A DNA stretch of 64,000 bases from contig NC_092675.1 in the NCBI RefSeq assembly GCF_964355755.1, positions 5,947,812-6,011,811 of the forward strand. Direction: 5' to 3'. How positions within the stretch are numbered: the stretch's first letter is position 1; each line of letters opens with the position of its first letter. The translations under genes and the position numbers were made by a program. The notes below the pieces were generated by a model that saw nothing but the letters and a program-made list of their open reading frames with translations, ran no database searches and was not told where the DNA came from. This stretch comes from Antedon mediterranea (lineage: Eukaryota > Animalia > Echinodermata). Positions 1 through 14,400 of this stretch are shown piece after piece.

Positions 1-17
1 AATTACACACATACGGA

Positions 18-3000
18 ATGGCCTCTCAACTTTTGCAGTCTCCAAATGATTTTAAAAAGTATAGGTCGGTATTAAATTAATTATTATGTGTATTTTCTTA
101 GGTAGGCTAAGTTATTCTAATAGTGTACTGCCTAGGCCCTCTTCCCTCTCTCTAGCCGAGGGAAATACTAGACAGCTCACCAACTAGGCTAGGCCTACAG
201 ACAGCAGGATGACAGGCAGGGAGGCCAACAATGAATAGTGTTCATCGACCAGAGGCCTAGCTCGCCCACCGTGCTGCATAGAACCACAAATTCATGGCAG
301 GCCAAAAAGGACAAATCTTGATCATATTCATTTCAACCTGCAAAGTGTTTTTATGTTAGGCCTATATGAATGAGCAATTTAAACGATTTACCCAACCGTT
401 GGGCCTGTCGCACCAAAATCAGTCCGGGCCAAAATCGGTCCGGCGGACCAGTTTTGGCTGCCAAAATCAGTCCGGGGGACCATTTATGGCTGCCAAAACC
501 TGTCCGGCCGGACCAATTTTGGCCGCCAAAACTGGTCCGGCCTGGATAAAATCATGTGAGTGTGTGGCAGGCCGAAATATGAGTGAACACCCAAGTCATG
601 TTTTTAGATAAAATACATTTATTTATAGTATTTATCCGACAAGATAACTTACTAATATATATCATGGGATATTTTTCTAGCCATAAACAACTTAAAACAG
701 CATCATAGGCCTAGTAATTCAATTAAAATCGACAGAAGAAAAGCCCGGACCGATTTTGGCAGTGGCGGACTACTTTTGGCCACAATTTTAGAGCTAAAAC
801 TGGTCCGGCCGGACCGATTTTGGCTCCGGACCATATTTATCGTGACAGGCCAACTTCACTACTTACTATAGGCCTAGCCCTAGGGCATAATAGACTGATG
901 ATAGATGTTATGCGCGATTTGAACGATTTGCGCAATTTAAAATTGCGCAAAGAATTCCTTGCGCAATTTGAATTGAAACATCTGTTTCAAATTGCGCAAG
1001 CAACGTATTAAATTGCGCAAGTAATCTGCAAATTGCGCAAGGTTTTTCGACAGATTGTGAAATCATGCACACCCATATTTTCATAGTAATTTCTAAGAAT
1101 GATTCAAAATTAAAGATAATATCGCATTTCCTTATTTTAGTAGTGAAAATATTGTTATTGTTAGCATACCGTCGAAGACCCGACAAAGGACCACAAAGGT
1201 GGTGTTCCCGGCGGGCGGCTAATACTACTCTAGCCAAAGATGCTCTCTAGCCTACTGTATGGCTATGTTTTGATAGCAGGTCTAAACGTTGGTGGCGGTA
1301 GACTATGTTTTGTATTACTACATTAATTTTTGTTATTTTTACATTTATTTTGATTTATTTTAAGTTGCAAATGAGTGATAATATTATTTAATTGTGTATG
1401 CCATTGATGTTGTGTATTATACACATGTTATCTTCGCATTTATTATGTTTCATTTTGAGTTATTAGTTTCTAATAAATTATCATTATTAACCGATCGTCG
1501 ACGTTAGCACGCATTCTGGTAGAATTCTGCTGCGCAATTTGACAATTTTACAAATTGTGCAGCGCAATTTGAAATTGCGCAAGGATTTTCTTGCGCAATT
1601 TGAAATTGCGCAAAAAATTCATTGCGCAATTTCATATTGCGCAAGAATTCTTTGCGCAATTTGAAATTGCGCAAGGAATTTTTTGCGCAATTTCAAATTG
1701 CGCAAATCGTTCAAATCGCGCATAACATAGATATTGCACTATGAAATTTCCTTTTAAAAAATGTTAAAGACCCCTTCCCTGCAATTTTGGACGTTTTTTG
1801 GAAAATAATACATATATATCACTTTAAAAACATTAAACCATGTCATTCCTTGTCTTAAATGTACGTTTTATGGTAAATTATGATAAAAAGTGAGAAACAA
1901 TGCACTACCTAAGTAGCTCGCGGCGATCGACCTCTCGTGGACGGTCTCAGGCCTAGCCTAGCTAGGCTTAGTTTTGTAGGCCTAGCTGGTAAACATCGGT
2001 AACGTACGAACATCGTACGCTAGCTATATACCTAGCCTGACGTTGTATAGTTGCTGCATTAATTATCTTTCTATTTTTGCCAGACTCCGTTGATACAAAT
2101 TGGGGAAAACCCGGTATTTTCGCTGAAAAGTTAGGAGTCTTCCATTTGTTTTGGCTTCACGATCGATCGAAAAGTGGGCGAATTACAGGTGAAAAACAAC
2201 AATATCAATCCGCGCGCAATGCATTTTGGGATTTATAGCGGGCCGCTATAATTATTAAAATCGATTTATTTTTCACATTTTTAACCGACGAAAAAAGTTA
2301 TCGCAATAGGACCATATAGTATTATTTTTACATTAAATATAGTTTGTGATCTTAAATTAGATCTAAAAAACGTAGGGAATGGGGCTTTAAATTGTTCTCA
2401 TTGTAATTTTGTTTCAGAATAATACAACTACCAAATAACCTAGTGGCAATAGTGATTTCTGATTTATCTTCTGATACCACATCTCGGAACACAACAACTG
2501 AACAAAAAAGAGACACCTGTTGCAGCAGTGACGAAGAAGTTGAGGAGGGCGCTGCAGATGGGGCTATCACCGATGAAGAGGATGGCGGGTCTGAGGTTGA
2601 GGAGGATGTAATGGATGATGAAATGAAAAGTGACAGTGATGATGAAATGATGCCACGTAAAAAGAAACTTAAAGGAGCGCAAGAAAAGTTGGTTAGTTTT
2701 TTTTAAATACAGTATTTAGATTCTAAGCTAATTTAATTCAATGCTTTTCAGGTATATTATTTTATTTTTTAGCTATGATATTAAATAAATTGTTGAAAGA
2801 AAATAACCTGTTTTTCTTTCAGGCTTCTGCAGCTCTGTGTGTTGGTATTGGCAGCTTTTCTGATCCACCTGACATCCCTGGACTAGCACACTTTCTTGAA
2901 CATAGTATGTTTCATTGAAAAATGTACCAATATTTGAATTATTATTTATATTGTATACATAGACAATTGTAAACTTCTACTACAATAGATGTAAAGCTCT

Positions 3001-5374
3001 GTCTACACTATCAAACTTTATAGGACAAAAAAATGTGATGTGTCCATACATGGACCTGATGTCATATTACTACCATATTTGGGCGCATCACACTTTTTTG
3101 TCAAACTAGTTTGATAGTGTGTAGACAGAACTTTGCAATCCTATTGTGTTAAAAGAATCATGTCAACATTATTTTACTGCAGTAACATACAATCACTACA
3201 ATAAACAGTGCATAATGATTACTCTAAAAAGGGTTAAAGAGAAAAAAATGTTATTACTGCAGTAGAATAATTTTGACAAGTCCCTAAGTTTACAAAAACA
3301 AAGCATAGCACAGAAAACATGTTCCTTTCATATCATATTTCCAGTGGTATTTATGGGAAGCAGTAAATATGAAGATGAAAATTCATTTGATGCCTTTATC
3401 AAACGTCATGGTGGAAATACAAATGCTTCAACTGATTGCGAAAGAGTAAGTTAATGTGTTTGAGAGTTTATATTCAAAACAAACACTCTATGACACATGT
3501 GACCACCCCAGCATTACATTCATGCTTCTGTTATTTACCTACCTCAGGCCTTGTCTTTTAAGGTGAGCAAGTGCGATCACTCACCTAACACACTCTTAAA
3601 CTGCCCTTGAGGAGTGCGATTTACAACACGGCTAAATTTGGTAAACTTCTACACACCAAAATACAAACGGCACACCTACAGCACCCCTGAATGTATTGAG
3701 GAGTGCAATTTGTAGCACACCTATAATTTTCAAAAGACAAAGCCTGCTACCTATTCACCCTACACAATACAGAAACAATTCGTCATTGAATTTAAACATA
3801 ATTGTCCTATTTAGTTTTCTATTACAGTAGAACCCCTTAAGAGGACACCTTCGGTACCCAACAAAGTGCCCCTTTAGAGGTGTCCTAAAGGAGGGATCCT
3901 GCTGTATTTATTATGCCACACTCACAGTAACTGTATCTTTGTCATTTTATTGGTTGATTTATAACATGTGTTGTCATTTATTTGGTTTAAGATCAAAATG
4001 TATCCTTGCCATTTTATTGGCATATTTCATATTTAATGCTGTTGATTATTGTGTTTTTTTAAATTGTAAAAAATACTAAAGAACATTCATCTTTTTTTTA
4101 AATTTATGAGTCGTTTAACTCGCCCTTGTTGAATAGAATCTTTCAACTTTCAGGTTGAATTTTCTTCCTATATTCAACTAATAAACTTTTAAATGTTTTG
4201 TCTCAAGAGGTCATCCTGAATAATAATGTTTGCTTTTGTTTCAGACGGAATTTGAATTTGAGATTAACAGTAGTTTCTTGTGTGAAGGGTTGGATCGTTT
4301 TGCTCAGTTCTTCATCTCGCCATTGATGAAAGAATCTAGTACAGATCGTGAACTAGAGGCTGTTGATAGCGGTAATAACATGTTTAAAACATATAACTAT
4401 AATAAATTAGTATTATTCTCAGTATTCTGTTTTATGAAAAAGGCATTTTGAAGTCATTTTGATAGTCTATCTATACTTAAAGCAATAGCATTGGTAATGC
4501 TTTTGTATATCTGGATAAACTATGTCAAGTACAGTATGCGATTACCCCTTAACAAATGGAATAATCCACTTAACCTGAATAATTTTAGGGATTCAAACAA
4601 TATTGAAATATACTTTTTTCACTTTTTTGTAACAAATATACAGTCATATAAAAGCTCACATATTTTATATTGAAATTCACAATTTTCAATTACAGAATTT
4701 CAAATGAGTCTTCCAGCAGATCATTTTCGTAAACAGCAATTATTTGGTTCTTTCACTAAAGAAGGTCACCCACTTGGAAAATTTATGTGGGGTAGGTATG
4801 CTTTCACAAGTCAATTTTGGACTACTGTGTATGGTATGGAAATGGCTTATTAATTCCAACAACAAAAATTACTTACTAATTGTGCCCAAATATGGTAGTG
4901 ATATGCCCAAATATGGTAGTGATATGACATCATCATGTCCGGTCCATATATGGGCATATCACATTTTTGTCCCATAGTGTTTGATAGTGTAGACAGAACT
5001 TAAGAAGACTATGGACAAATATAAATGATACACCTTCTTTTGTAGGTAATAGTACAACATTAAAGGCTGATCCAATTAGCAAAGGTATTGAGGTACATAA
5101 GAGACTTCAGGAATTTAGAGAGAGAATGTATTCCAGCGATTATATGACTCTTGCTGTACAATCACCAGGTGAGAAAGATAAAATTCATTAACCTCAGGGG
5201 TTTTCATTTCGTACTGTAGTTAACCTGGTGAATTTGTGTCTCCTTTTAACAATGTTAGTTGCATTTGAGCGAGTGAGTGGCCAAGCGGTTAATACAGTGG
5301 AACCGTAATTACGTAGCCTTAACGTCATTAAGGGTCCAAGGCTCACTCGTTCCATGGTTCTGGTGGTAGAACAA

Positions 5375-5408
<34 letters not shown>

Positions 5409-8400
5409 AGTGTACACATCTAGCTCTTGTACACTTTAAAGAACTTAGTACATCTTTCAAGACGAGTAGAGGCTTACCCCGGTGTACTGGTACACACACA
5501 TCCACTAATCATGACTGGGCCCTCTGGAAGACCAGTCTTTGACTAAAGAGGTCACCCAGTATAAATAAATGATAAATAAGTCCTCCACAGACTTAAGTAA
5601 TTTTACAAACTGCAAAATTCTATTCATCTTTAAATCTGAATTCAAATAAATAGAGTAATAACACACATACATCAACTTCCTAGAGAGACGGTTAAGGCAG
5701 ATCTTTGCCTTCGCTATCAATGCACCATTTTGCTTTGCTAGTTCACTAGTTACATATTGATTTGCACTCCAATCGGTTTGGTTTTCAGAAAGCTTGGATA
5801 CATTGGAAGAGTGGGTTAGAGAATCTTTTTCAGACATTCCATCAAAGTTAGTAAAGATATTTTATTATAAAATCATGTTTTCTTTTAAAGGCTAGATTCA
5901 GAACAATCCAAATAATGGGAAGTGTGTTTCATGCAATAATTTTTTTTTTTTCAGTGGTCTTCCAAAGCCTTCGTACTCTATATACCCAGATCCCTTTGTT
6001 CCAGAAAAATTTCACAAATTGTACAAAAGTAGGTATGACAAATATATTGTAAGCTAAAGGAGTTATGTTTGGCCCTTGTTTGTTTTTTCTGACTGGAAAC
6101 AAAATCTACAAACAGCAAATGTTTCTGAATGGATAATGCTACTGTAGGTGGAAAGTGTCTGGGAAAAAAGGTTAAGTGGAAAGGTTCTGGACAATAAGGC
6201 TAGGTGCACAGAACTATCTAGGTTCTTATGTGTTGACATACCACACATCATACACATTGATAAAGTATTGGTTTGCAGACATCATTTAACTTTAATTTGT
6301 GCTGCAATTGTTTAAAGAGCTATCTAGTAATTTCATTTCATTATTTATTCGGTCTATTTCAGTATGTACATAGCAAAAAAACTGAAATTGGGGAGACCAG
6401 GGCCAACCTAAGCGAACTTAATCACTGTAGCTGAGCCGGTTGACCCAACCCCAAAGTCAGTTTACACTACATAAAGACAAAATACAGTTAAAGCGAATCA
6501 AAATGAATGTGAACTTTTTTAATGAAGGCTTCTAGGCTTTCTAGGACAGCAGCATCAAGACATAATCTTAGCTACTGTATTAAGTTCTCAATTCTTTTCC
6601 TCTAGTCATACCGGTCAAAGATGTAAACCAATTGGAAATAACCTGGACCTTTCCTTGTTTGTTTAAAGACTATAAGTAAGTAGTATAACAGATTTTATAT
6701 GTGGAGATACAGAATTTGCCGATAATAATTTATTTGTTTTTAGGCACATTGTGTTAAAGATGTATTGTCCTCCTAAAAAAATAATTGTTAAAAATTGTTC
6801 TGTTGAATATGCCATTTTAATGTCACATAATAGTTATCCACTTTTACGAAAACTTAGATCGAAAAAATAGTCAAATTGGCTGGGAGCCAATTGAATTTAA
6901 CCATTTATTTTGTCATTTTATAAGTGAAAACAATATTTTGTTCTGTTGTTTTTTATTAAAACTACAAAATAACCAATTCAAAGTCTGATTTAATTATTCT
7001 TCATTTTTAATGTTTTTGGGGGACAATACGTCTTTAAATCTTCTATTTGCTTAACAATAAAAAATAACAGAAAATTAAGAAAATACACATTATATATGCT
7101 TCAATGTTTTTTTCAGATGTAAGCCATTACAATATTTATCATGGTTAATAGGTCATGAAGGGAGAGGCAGTATTCTAGCTAGGCTCAAGAAAAGGTTGGT
7201 AATATACAGTATTGTTCATATAATAAAAATGTTCATAAAATGGAATGTTATATAAACAGTAATAATTGATCTCTTATACAAGATATTAAATAACATGCCT
7301 TCTGTATTCTTTTAACATGGACCAAAATATAAAGTAGTGAGCCCTCTCACTTCGAATAATGTTTTACCTGATATATTTTGTCAAGCACTTTCTTTTATTT
7401 ATTTTTTAAGGTCCCTGGCTCTGAAGTTATTTAGTGGCAATGATGGAACAGGTTTTGAATACAACCAGACATGTTCAATATTTACTATTAATGTTGAACT
7501 ATCTACAACAGGATTAACTAATATTGATGAGGTATAAATTTTATATTTATTTTTATTTTAAATATGTATTTTATTATAGTATCTAATTTGTGTATTTCTA
7601 TTGAATCTGTTGAATACACTTCATAAATCTATTCCTATTCCTATCAACCCACCCTTATTAAATTATAAAATGTATTTCTTTGTTAGGTTATATCCACAAT
7701 CTTTCAATATATCAAGATGTTGCAAAAAGCTGGGCCACAGAAGAGGTAGGTGCAAATCTGAAAATCAATGGAGGCTAGTGCAAAAAGACCAAAATGTAAA
7801 CCGTAAATCTATAAATAGTAACCCACACTCTAATAGTAACCCCCCTTCTATAGTAACCCTGCTTCTAATAGTAACCCTCCTTATAAGTCAATCTATCATA
7901 ATAACCCACTACTCTAATAGTAACCCATGGGGTACTATTAGAGTCACAAAAACTTATGATGCAGCCGTACTTAAATAAGGAGATAATGCATGTTGATCTC
8001 GAGAGTGGAGAAGGATTGAGTGTTTTTGAGTTTATAAAAATAACCAAATTTGTTTATTCGTACTGTTTTATTATTTTGCTATGAGTTGCTGACCGGAAAA
8101 GTTAGGGGTGGGTTACTATTTTCAGATGCCTAATTTAAAATTCCACTACTCAAATAGTAATCACGCTTCTAACCCCGCTTCTAACCCACCCTAAAAAACA
8201 ATCAAAGAATAATAACCCAGGGTTACAATTAAAAGATTTACGGTAAAAAAAAATAGCCTTTAATTAGATTTATAATTTCACTACTCATAATACTATATTG
8301 AAATTATACCTTTATAATTTTAATACTGTAAAATATAACTTTGTATTTTTTAGAATATTTGATGAGATAAAAACAATAGATGACAATGCTTTCAGATTTC

Positions 8401-11400
8401 AAGAAGAGGTAGGCCGAGTGAATTAGATAGTAATATTATTTGTAGATAACTGTGTTCATGGGTACCTTTGATTTAGTTAAAAGAAATAATCTTTTCCAAA
8501 TATCAGTTAAAACATAGTGAAAATATACATTGGTTGCCATATACAACTCTGTTTTTTATTTTCCGTCATGTTCATGCATATGTTTTCTATTTGATTTGAA
8601 CTTCTACTATGAAACACTACGCCCATTTTTGTCTGGCCACTGGACCTGACTCGGACCTCAGTGTGAATATAGCTTTACTCTGGAGATTTGAATATCAGAG
8701 TGCTTATTGGGATTAGGTGTTTACCTTTCCTGTATCATTCGATCAAGTTGCTGTGGCAGCCTAGAGACGCAACAAAGGATGTACGAGCAACACAAGCAAG
8801 TTGACCAATGACAAGCCACTGTTCGAATAACCCATCACTTGTGATTGGTCAAATCACTTATGTTGCGTTTTGTCCTTGGGTTGTGTCTCTAGTAAGAACC
8901 AATCTTTATACAACCCAGCGTGTGAAACTAGTATACTGGAGGAAACCTCTTCCAGAAAGATGTACAATGTTTTTTAAGTACACACTCGATTCCCACATGA
9001 TGTACAAGGGACCTATGGTTTAACATCTATGAAAACTTATCTAATATTTGTCTATCATATGTAGATGGACGCAGTTGATAATGTTGAGCTGATTGCAGAT
9101 AATATGCAAGAGTACCCAATGGAACATTATCTCACCGGTCACCAGCTTACGTTTGAGTATGATCCAAAAGTAAGTGTATTATATTGTAATTCTGTTGATT
9201 GTCCTAGGCGCCAACCAGGTGCTGATCAGCCTTATACACTTGTCAATTGTATGACACACTATACGACCTCAGAGGTGCGTCATGGTATACATAAGGTGTG
9301 ACATACATCGGACAAATGACGCACATCTCCCGTGGCCATATAGTGTGTCACAAGTGCGTAACACTGAACATATGGTAAACATGAATTACTGTTTACATTT
9401 GTTTGCTAATATCTCTGCACAATGTTCCAACTTATTTGACTATTCCTTTCAACAAACACAATATAAAAGACAGAAATTGGAGGGCGTGAGGTGAGTACAG
9501 ATATCACTTCCATAACATAAAAAACAAATTACATGGACAATTATTACACAAACTTGATTAAGAATTATGAGTTTATACAAGACTGTAGTGTTATATTATA
9601 AAGAATATTATTTATAATTAAAACAATTTACTTATAAATTAATATAAATCAATTTTAATTTCTTTAGGTGATAACTGAGTGTCTGTCCAGTCTGACGGCT
9701 GAAGCTGCTAATTACTTGATGTGGTCAAAATCATTTCAATCATGTGATCAAGTGGAGCCATGGTATCAGACTGCCTACGGGATTGAACAAGTGCCTTCAA
9801 AATGGATACAAGACTACCATGGTAAAATTTTTTTTTTTATTGAAAGCTGATCTTCAATTGGTAAAACTATGCCTTCACATTTTATATGTAATCATGAAAT
9901 GTTACTACTTTGGATATCTAAAGTTTTGTCTACTTTGACAACAAAATGTGATGTGCCCATAATGGACAAGATGATGTCATATCACTACCATATTTGGAAA
10001 TATCACTACCATATTTGGACACATCACACTTTCTTTTGTCAAACTAATTTGATAGTTATAGACAGAGCTTTAAATGGGATATAAAGGAGTTTTCTTTTAT
10101 TTTGACAGATAGTGAAATTCATCCTGATGTGCACCTACCTGCTCCAAATATTTTTATTGGTAAGTTTTAAAGCAATTGTTTTTAAAAAATATAAAAAACT
10201 TGCACTGATGAAGAGCTAGTGTTGCCCAAAAACTCTGCAAATTTTCTGGCAGTTTTACTTAGTTTTGATTTAGCTTTTCGTTTATTTTATTCTGTATCTC
10301 CATTGAAATCCAGCCAACACTTTTTGAGTAATTTGCCTTGCAATTAAATATAAAGAGTGGATGCTGGGAAAATCAGGCCTACACATTAGATTACTTACGT
10401 GATGGTAGCCACCATTTAAATATGCTTAATGTATTTCAAATATATTTTAATTCACATTCACATGTTTATACAGTGTATATTAACTTTGTCAGAATTGATA
10501 AACAATGCAGGAACCTGAAAACTTATTAACATACATACCACGTAAGAAGCTGATCAAATATTATATTGAATTGAGAATACGAAATGGAAATCAAAACAAA
10601 ACCAATTATTCTAATATAATACATTATATGTATTCAAGATTATTATATTGTCTATATTAATGATCTTAAAGCTCAGGTACAGGCATGAAATTTTAATAAC
10701 ATTGTTGGTTAATTGTACATAAATCAAATATTTGTAACGGAAATCAAGACAAAAAAACATGAATTTCCATTAATATCGTCAAATACAAAATTTGGCAAAA
10801 TTCTTCCATAAAAACCAGGGAAGACTTTTTTTCAGTAGTTAGGTGGTTAACCTAATGTAATAACATGTCTGGTGACTCCCTAGAAGGTGAAAAAAGATGG
10901 TGGATTTACGGTGGATAATTTTTGCTATAGCATGAAAATAAAAATCTGAAGTTGAATCAAAATACCAGAAATGTAATATTCAAGTTATATTACCTATATT
11001 TAGTCATCTGATAACATTTTTTACCACACCGTTTAGTTTTCATAGCTTTTTAAAATGCCTCTCTCTATTTACAAAATTTGTGTACAAAAGAATAGAGATT
11101 TTACTGTGTAATTTGAACTATCCCCCCACTGATAAGAAAGTGCTTATTTTCAACAAGCTTGTGTAACACAAATAAAATCCCAAAAATTATGAAACATAGG
11201 GGAAACTATAGATCGATAATTATTGGAATGTATGATCAATAGAAATGTTTTGCCTGCACCTGGCCTTTAAACCTATACAAACAATACAGTAAAGCTCTGT
11301 CTACACTATCAAACAAATGTGATGTGCCCATATATGGACATGATGATGTCATATCACTACCATAGACAGAACTTAATACTTGTTTCAATTTTTAGCTGAT

Positions 11401-14400
11401 GATTTTAATTTAAAAGTCGCAACCAATCAACATCCAATAAAAATACTGGATTCAGACAAAGGATGTGTATGGTACAAGAGTGACCGGAAGTTCAAAATAC
11501 CAAAAGGTAATGAAAAACAGTTTCATACTATGATTGTATAAAAGTATATAAAAGCAGTGACAAATTAAAAAAAAATATAATTGTATTATTAATTGTAAAA
11601 CAATAATTTAAAGTAAAGTAAATAAACAAAATTAGCCTTTTTTTTAACGTCTCAATGCCTGATTAATTATGAAGATATAAATTACATTAAATTAAAGCTT
11701 AGTCTACACTATCAAACTTTATGTGACAAAAAATTGTAATGTGTCCATTTATGGACATGATGTCCTATCACTACCATATTTGACCATGTCTCTACCATAT
11801 ATGGGCACATCACATGTATCACATACAGTTTGATAGTATAGACAAAGCTTTAGTTTACCATTGTGTATATTTGTTTAGGATTCATCTATGTGTACTTAAA
11901 AAGTGAGCTAGTGAACCAGTCAGCAATGCATCTGTGTCTTTTTGACTTCTTTGTTACCCTCCTTGAGCATAACATGAATGAGGTAGCGTACAACGCCGAA
12001 GCTGCCGAGTTAAACTACAGTTTCCGTACGGAAGAAACCGGCTTAGTTATCAGGATGAGCGGATTTAATCATAAGCTTTATGTAAGTAGTTGGCAGAGGT
12101 AATAGTGTATGAGTTGAATGGACCACGAATGACTACAAACCATTCATATTGATTAATGTTGCAGTTTAGCCTCTAAATCTATACTACTATTACTAACAAA
12201 ATATACTAGCATAATTATGACATTTAAAAATATTGATTACTACTTGTGTTGAAAATGGCAGCGATTGTGAACCTTGTTGATTTGTATGGAAGGCTCAATG
12301 AGTAAAGATTACTTACAAATTTGGATAAAATACAAAGCACAATCCTATGCAATTTTTTCCCTCTGTGCCCAGTGGCTTAACGCAGAGGCCCCTGGTTTAG
12401 GAAACCGAAGTGGCCCTAGGTGTTAATTGCTTTTTTTAGCATATTTTAGTTTCTGTTTTTTCATCTGGGCACTGCTCAGGGGCCTCCTAAAGCTGCAGGC
12501 CCCTGGGTTTAGCCAGTGAGCGCTCATAGCTGTTGCAGCACTGATCATGGCAACAGCAAAAATAGTAACGCTACCCAAACTTCATGCAAATCTTTATTTT
12601 TCAGTTACTGTTTGATACAATTCTTGACCACATTGCAAACTTCTCTGTTGAAGATTTAATGGACGCTGTGATGGAGGCTATGCTACAATCATATCACAAT
12701 CACATTATAAAACCAAGTAAAACAAACCAGTAAGTATAAATACTACTTAAGCTTGGTTCCCACTAGAACGTAAGGACGTAAACGCAACACAAGCGTTTTA
12801 ACCAATGACAAGCGAAGTTATAGACAGTTAGCAATCACAAGCGAATGTGATTGGTCAATTCACTTGCGTTGCGTTACGTCCTTGCGTTGCGTCGCTAGTG
12901 GGAACCACGCTTAATAATACTAATTACCAACAATATACTGAACTTGTAAACTGTATACAGGAACCCTAAACAGAAAATATTGAAAATACCGTCGTATTAT
13001 ATGATGATAAGAATAAGAATACTAGTATGACGGTGTGTAGTTTAAGTTCTATTTATTTGTTGTTAGCCAAACCGTTCAATTCAAATGTAAATGTTTTTTA
13101 TATGTTTACAAATGAAAATAAATAATACTTACTTAACCTTAAATTTAAAGACAGCATAAATGATTATCATATAGCTCTAGAACGAAAACCTTTCTATTTT
13201 TTATTTGTTATTTGCAAAAAAAATGCATGCTTATCTATTTATCATTGATTATTATCGTCGTAGTGTAAATGGGCCTTAAACCCTAGAAAACTTTGGGTAC
13301 CTCTTGTACTTTTCATCCACCCCTATTACCCCTGTGATACCCACCCCTACTACATATTAATTTGTTTCTTTATTTTTCGTACCATTTTTACAACAGTTAT
13401 TTTGATTGATGAAAATCTTATTTTATTCTAGTGACATTCGACTGCAAATCTTACAAAAGGTTAAATGGATCCCATTAGACAAGAGGAAAGCCTGCCCTCA
13501 GGTTACCAAGGATATGGTGCAACAATTTGCTGCCGACTTCAGAAAGAAAATGTTTGTGGAAGTTCTCGTACAAGGCAACTATACGCAACAGGTATATACA
13601 GATAATTTTCAAAATAAAAATACAAATTAGTACAAACATTCAGTTATTTCAGTAGTTAGTATAGTGTTAGAGTAAACTATTATTTATTTATGGCCAGCTT
13701 TACTTAATATAGGTAACATTTTGAAACAATAAATCTTTACTATACTATATTAAAACGTAAATACCCGCACCAGCGCGAACCCCATCCCTTCCCTCTTTGT
13801 GGAGGTGGTTTAAATGTTGTTTAAAACTCCCAGTACAATTTTGTTCATTTTGATACCCCATGTTAATGGATGTTTGTTTGTTTGTTTGTTTGTTTGTTTC
13901 CATTCACAACAAATAAAAAACATTAACATACATAAATATTCATTACAAAAATGAAAGAATGGGTGTAAAGGCCAATTTACACAGATATTTGACAAGCAGT
14001 AACTGTAATAAAAATATAGAATCTATCACATTAAAAAGATTCATTTGGTTGGTATTACAAGTAAAATATAATAGTTAATTATATCTGAACCGTAACTGTA
14101 ATAGTAAACAACACTTTGAGAAAGCCAACTGATAGTTGGCGAAACGTCGGGTAAATAAAATAATCGTTATTTACTATTACTAATTACGCTTCAGATATAA
14201 TTAACTATTATATTTTATAGAATCTATGTTATTCCTTCTGACCATTTACACACAACACGGGGTGGATGGGCGTTTTCCACTCGGATAAGATGCAGATTCT
14301 ACATGGGAAAAGCCACATGGTTTTCAGCTTACCGTTATTGCTTGTCTGTGTAAATTGGCTTTTACAGTAAAAATGTGTTTAGTTTACAAACTGTCTCTCT

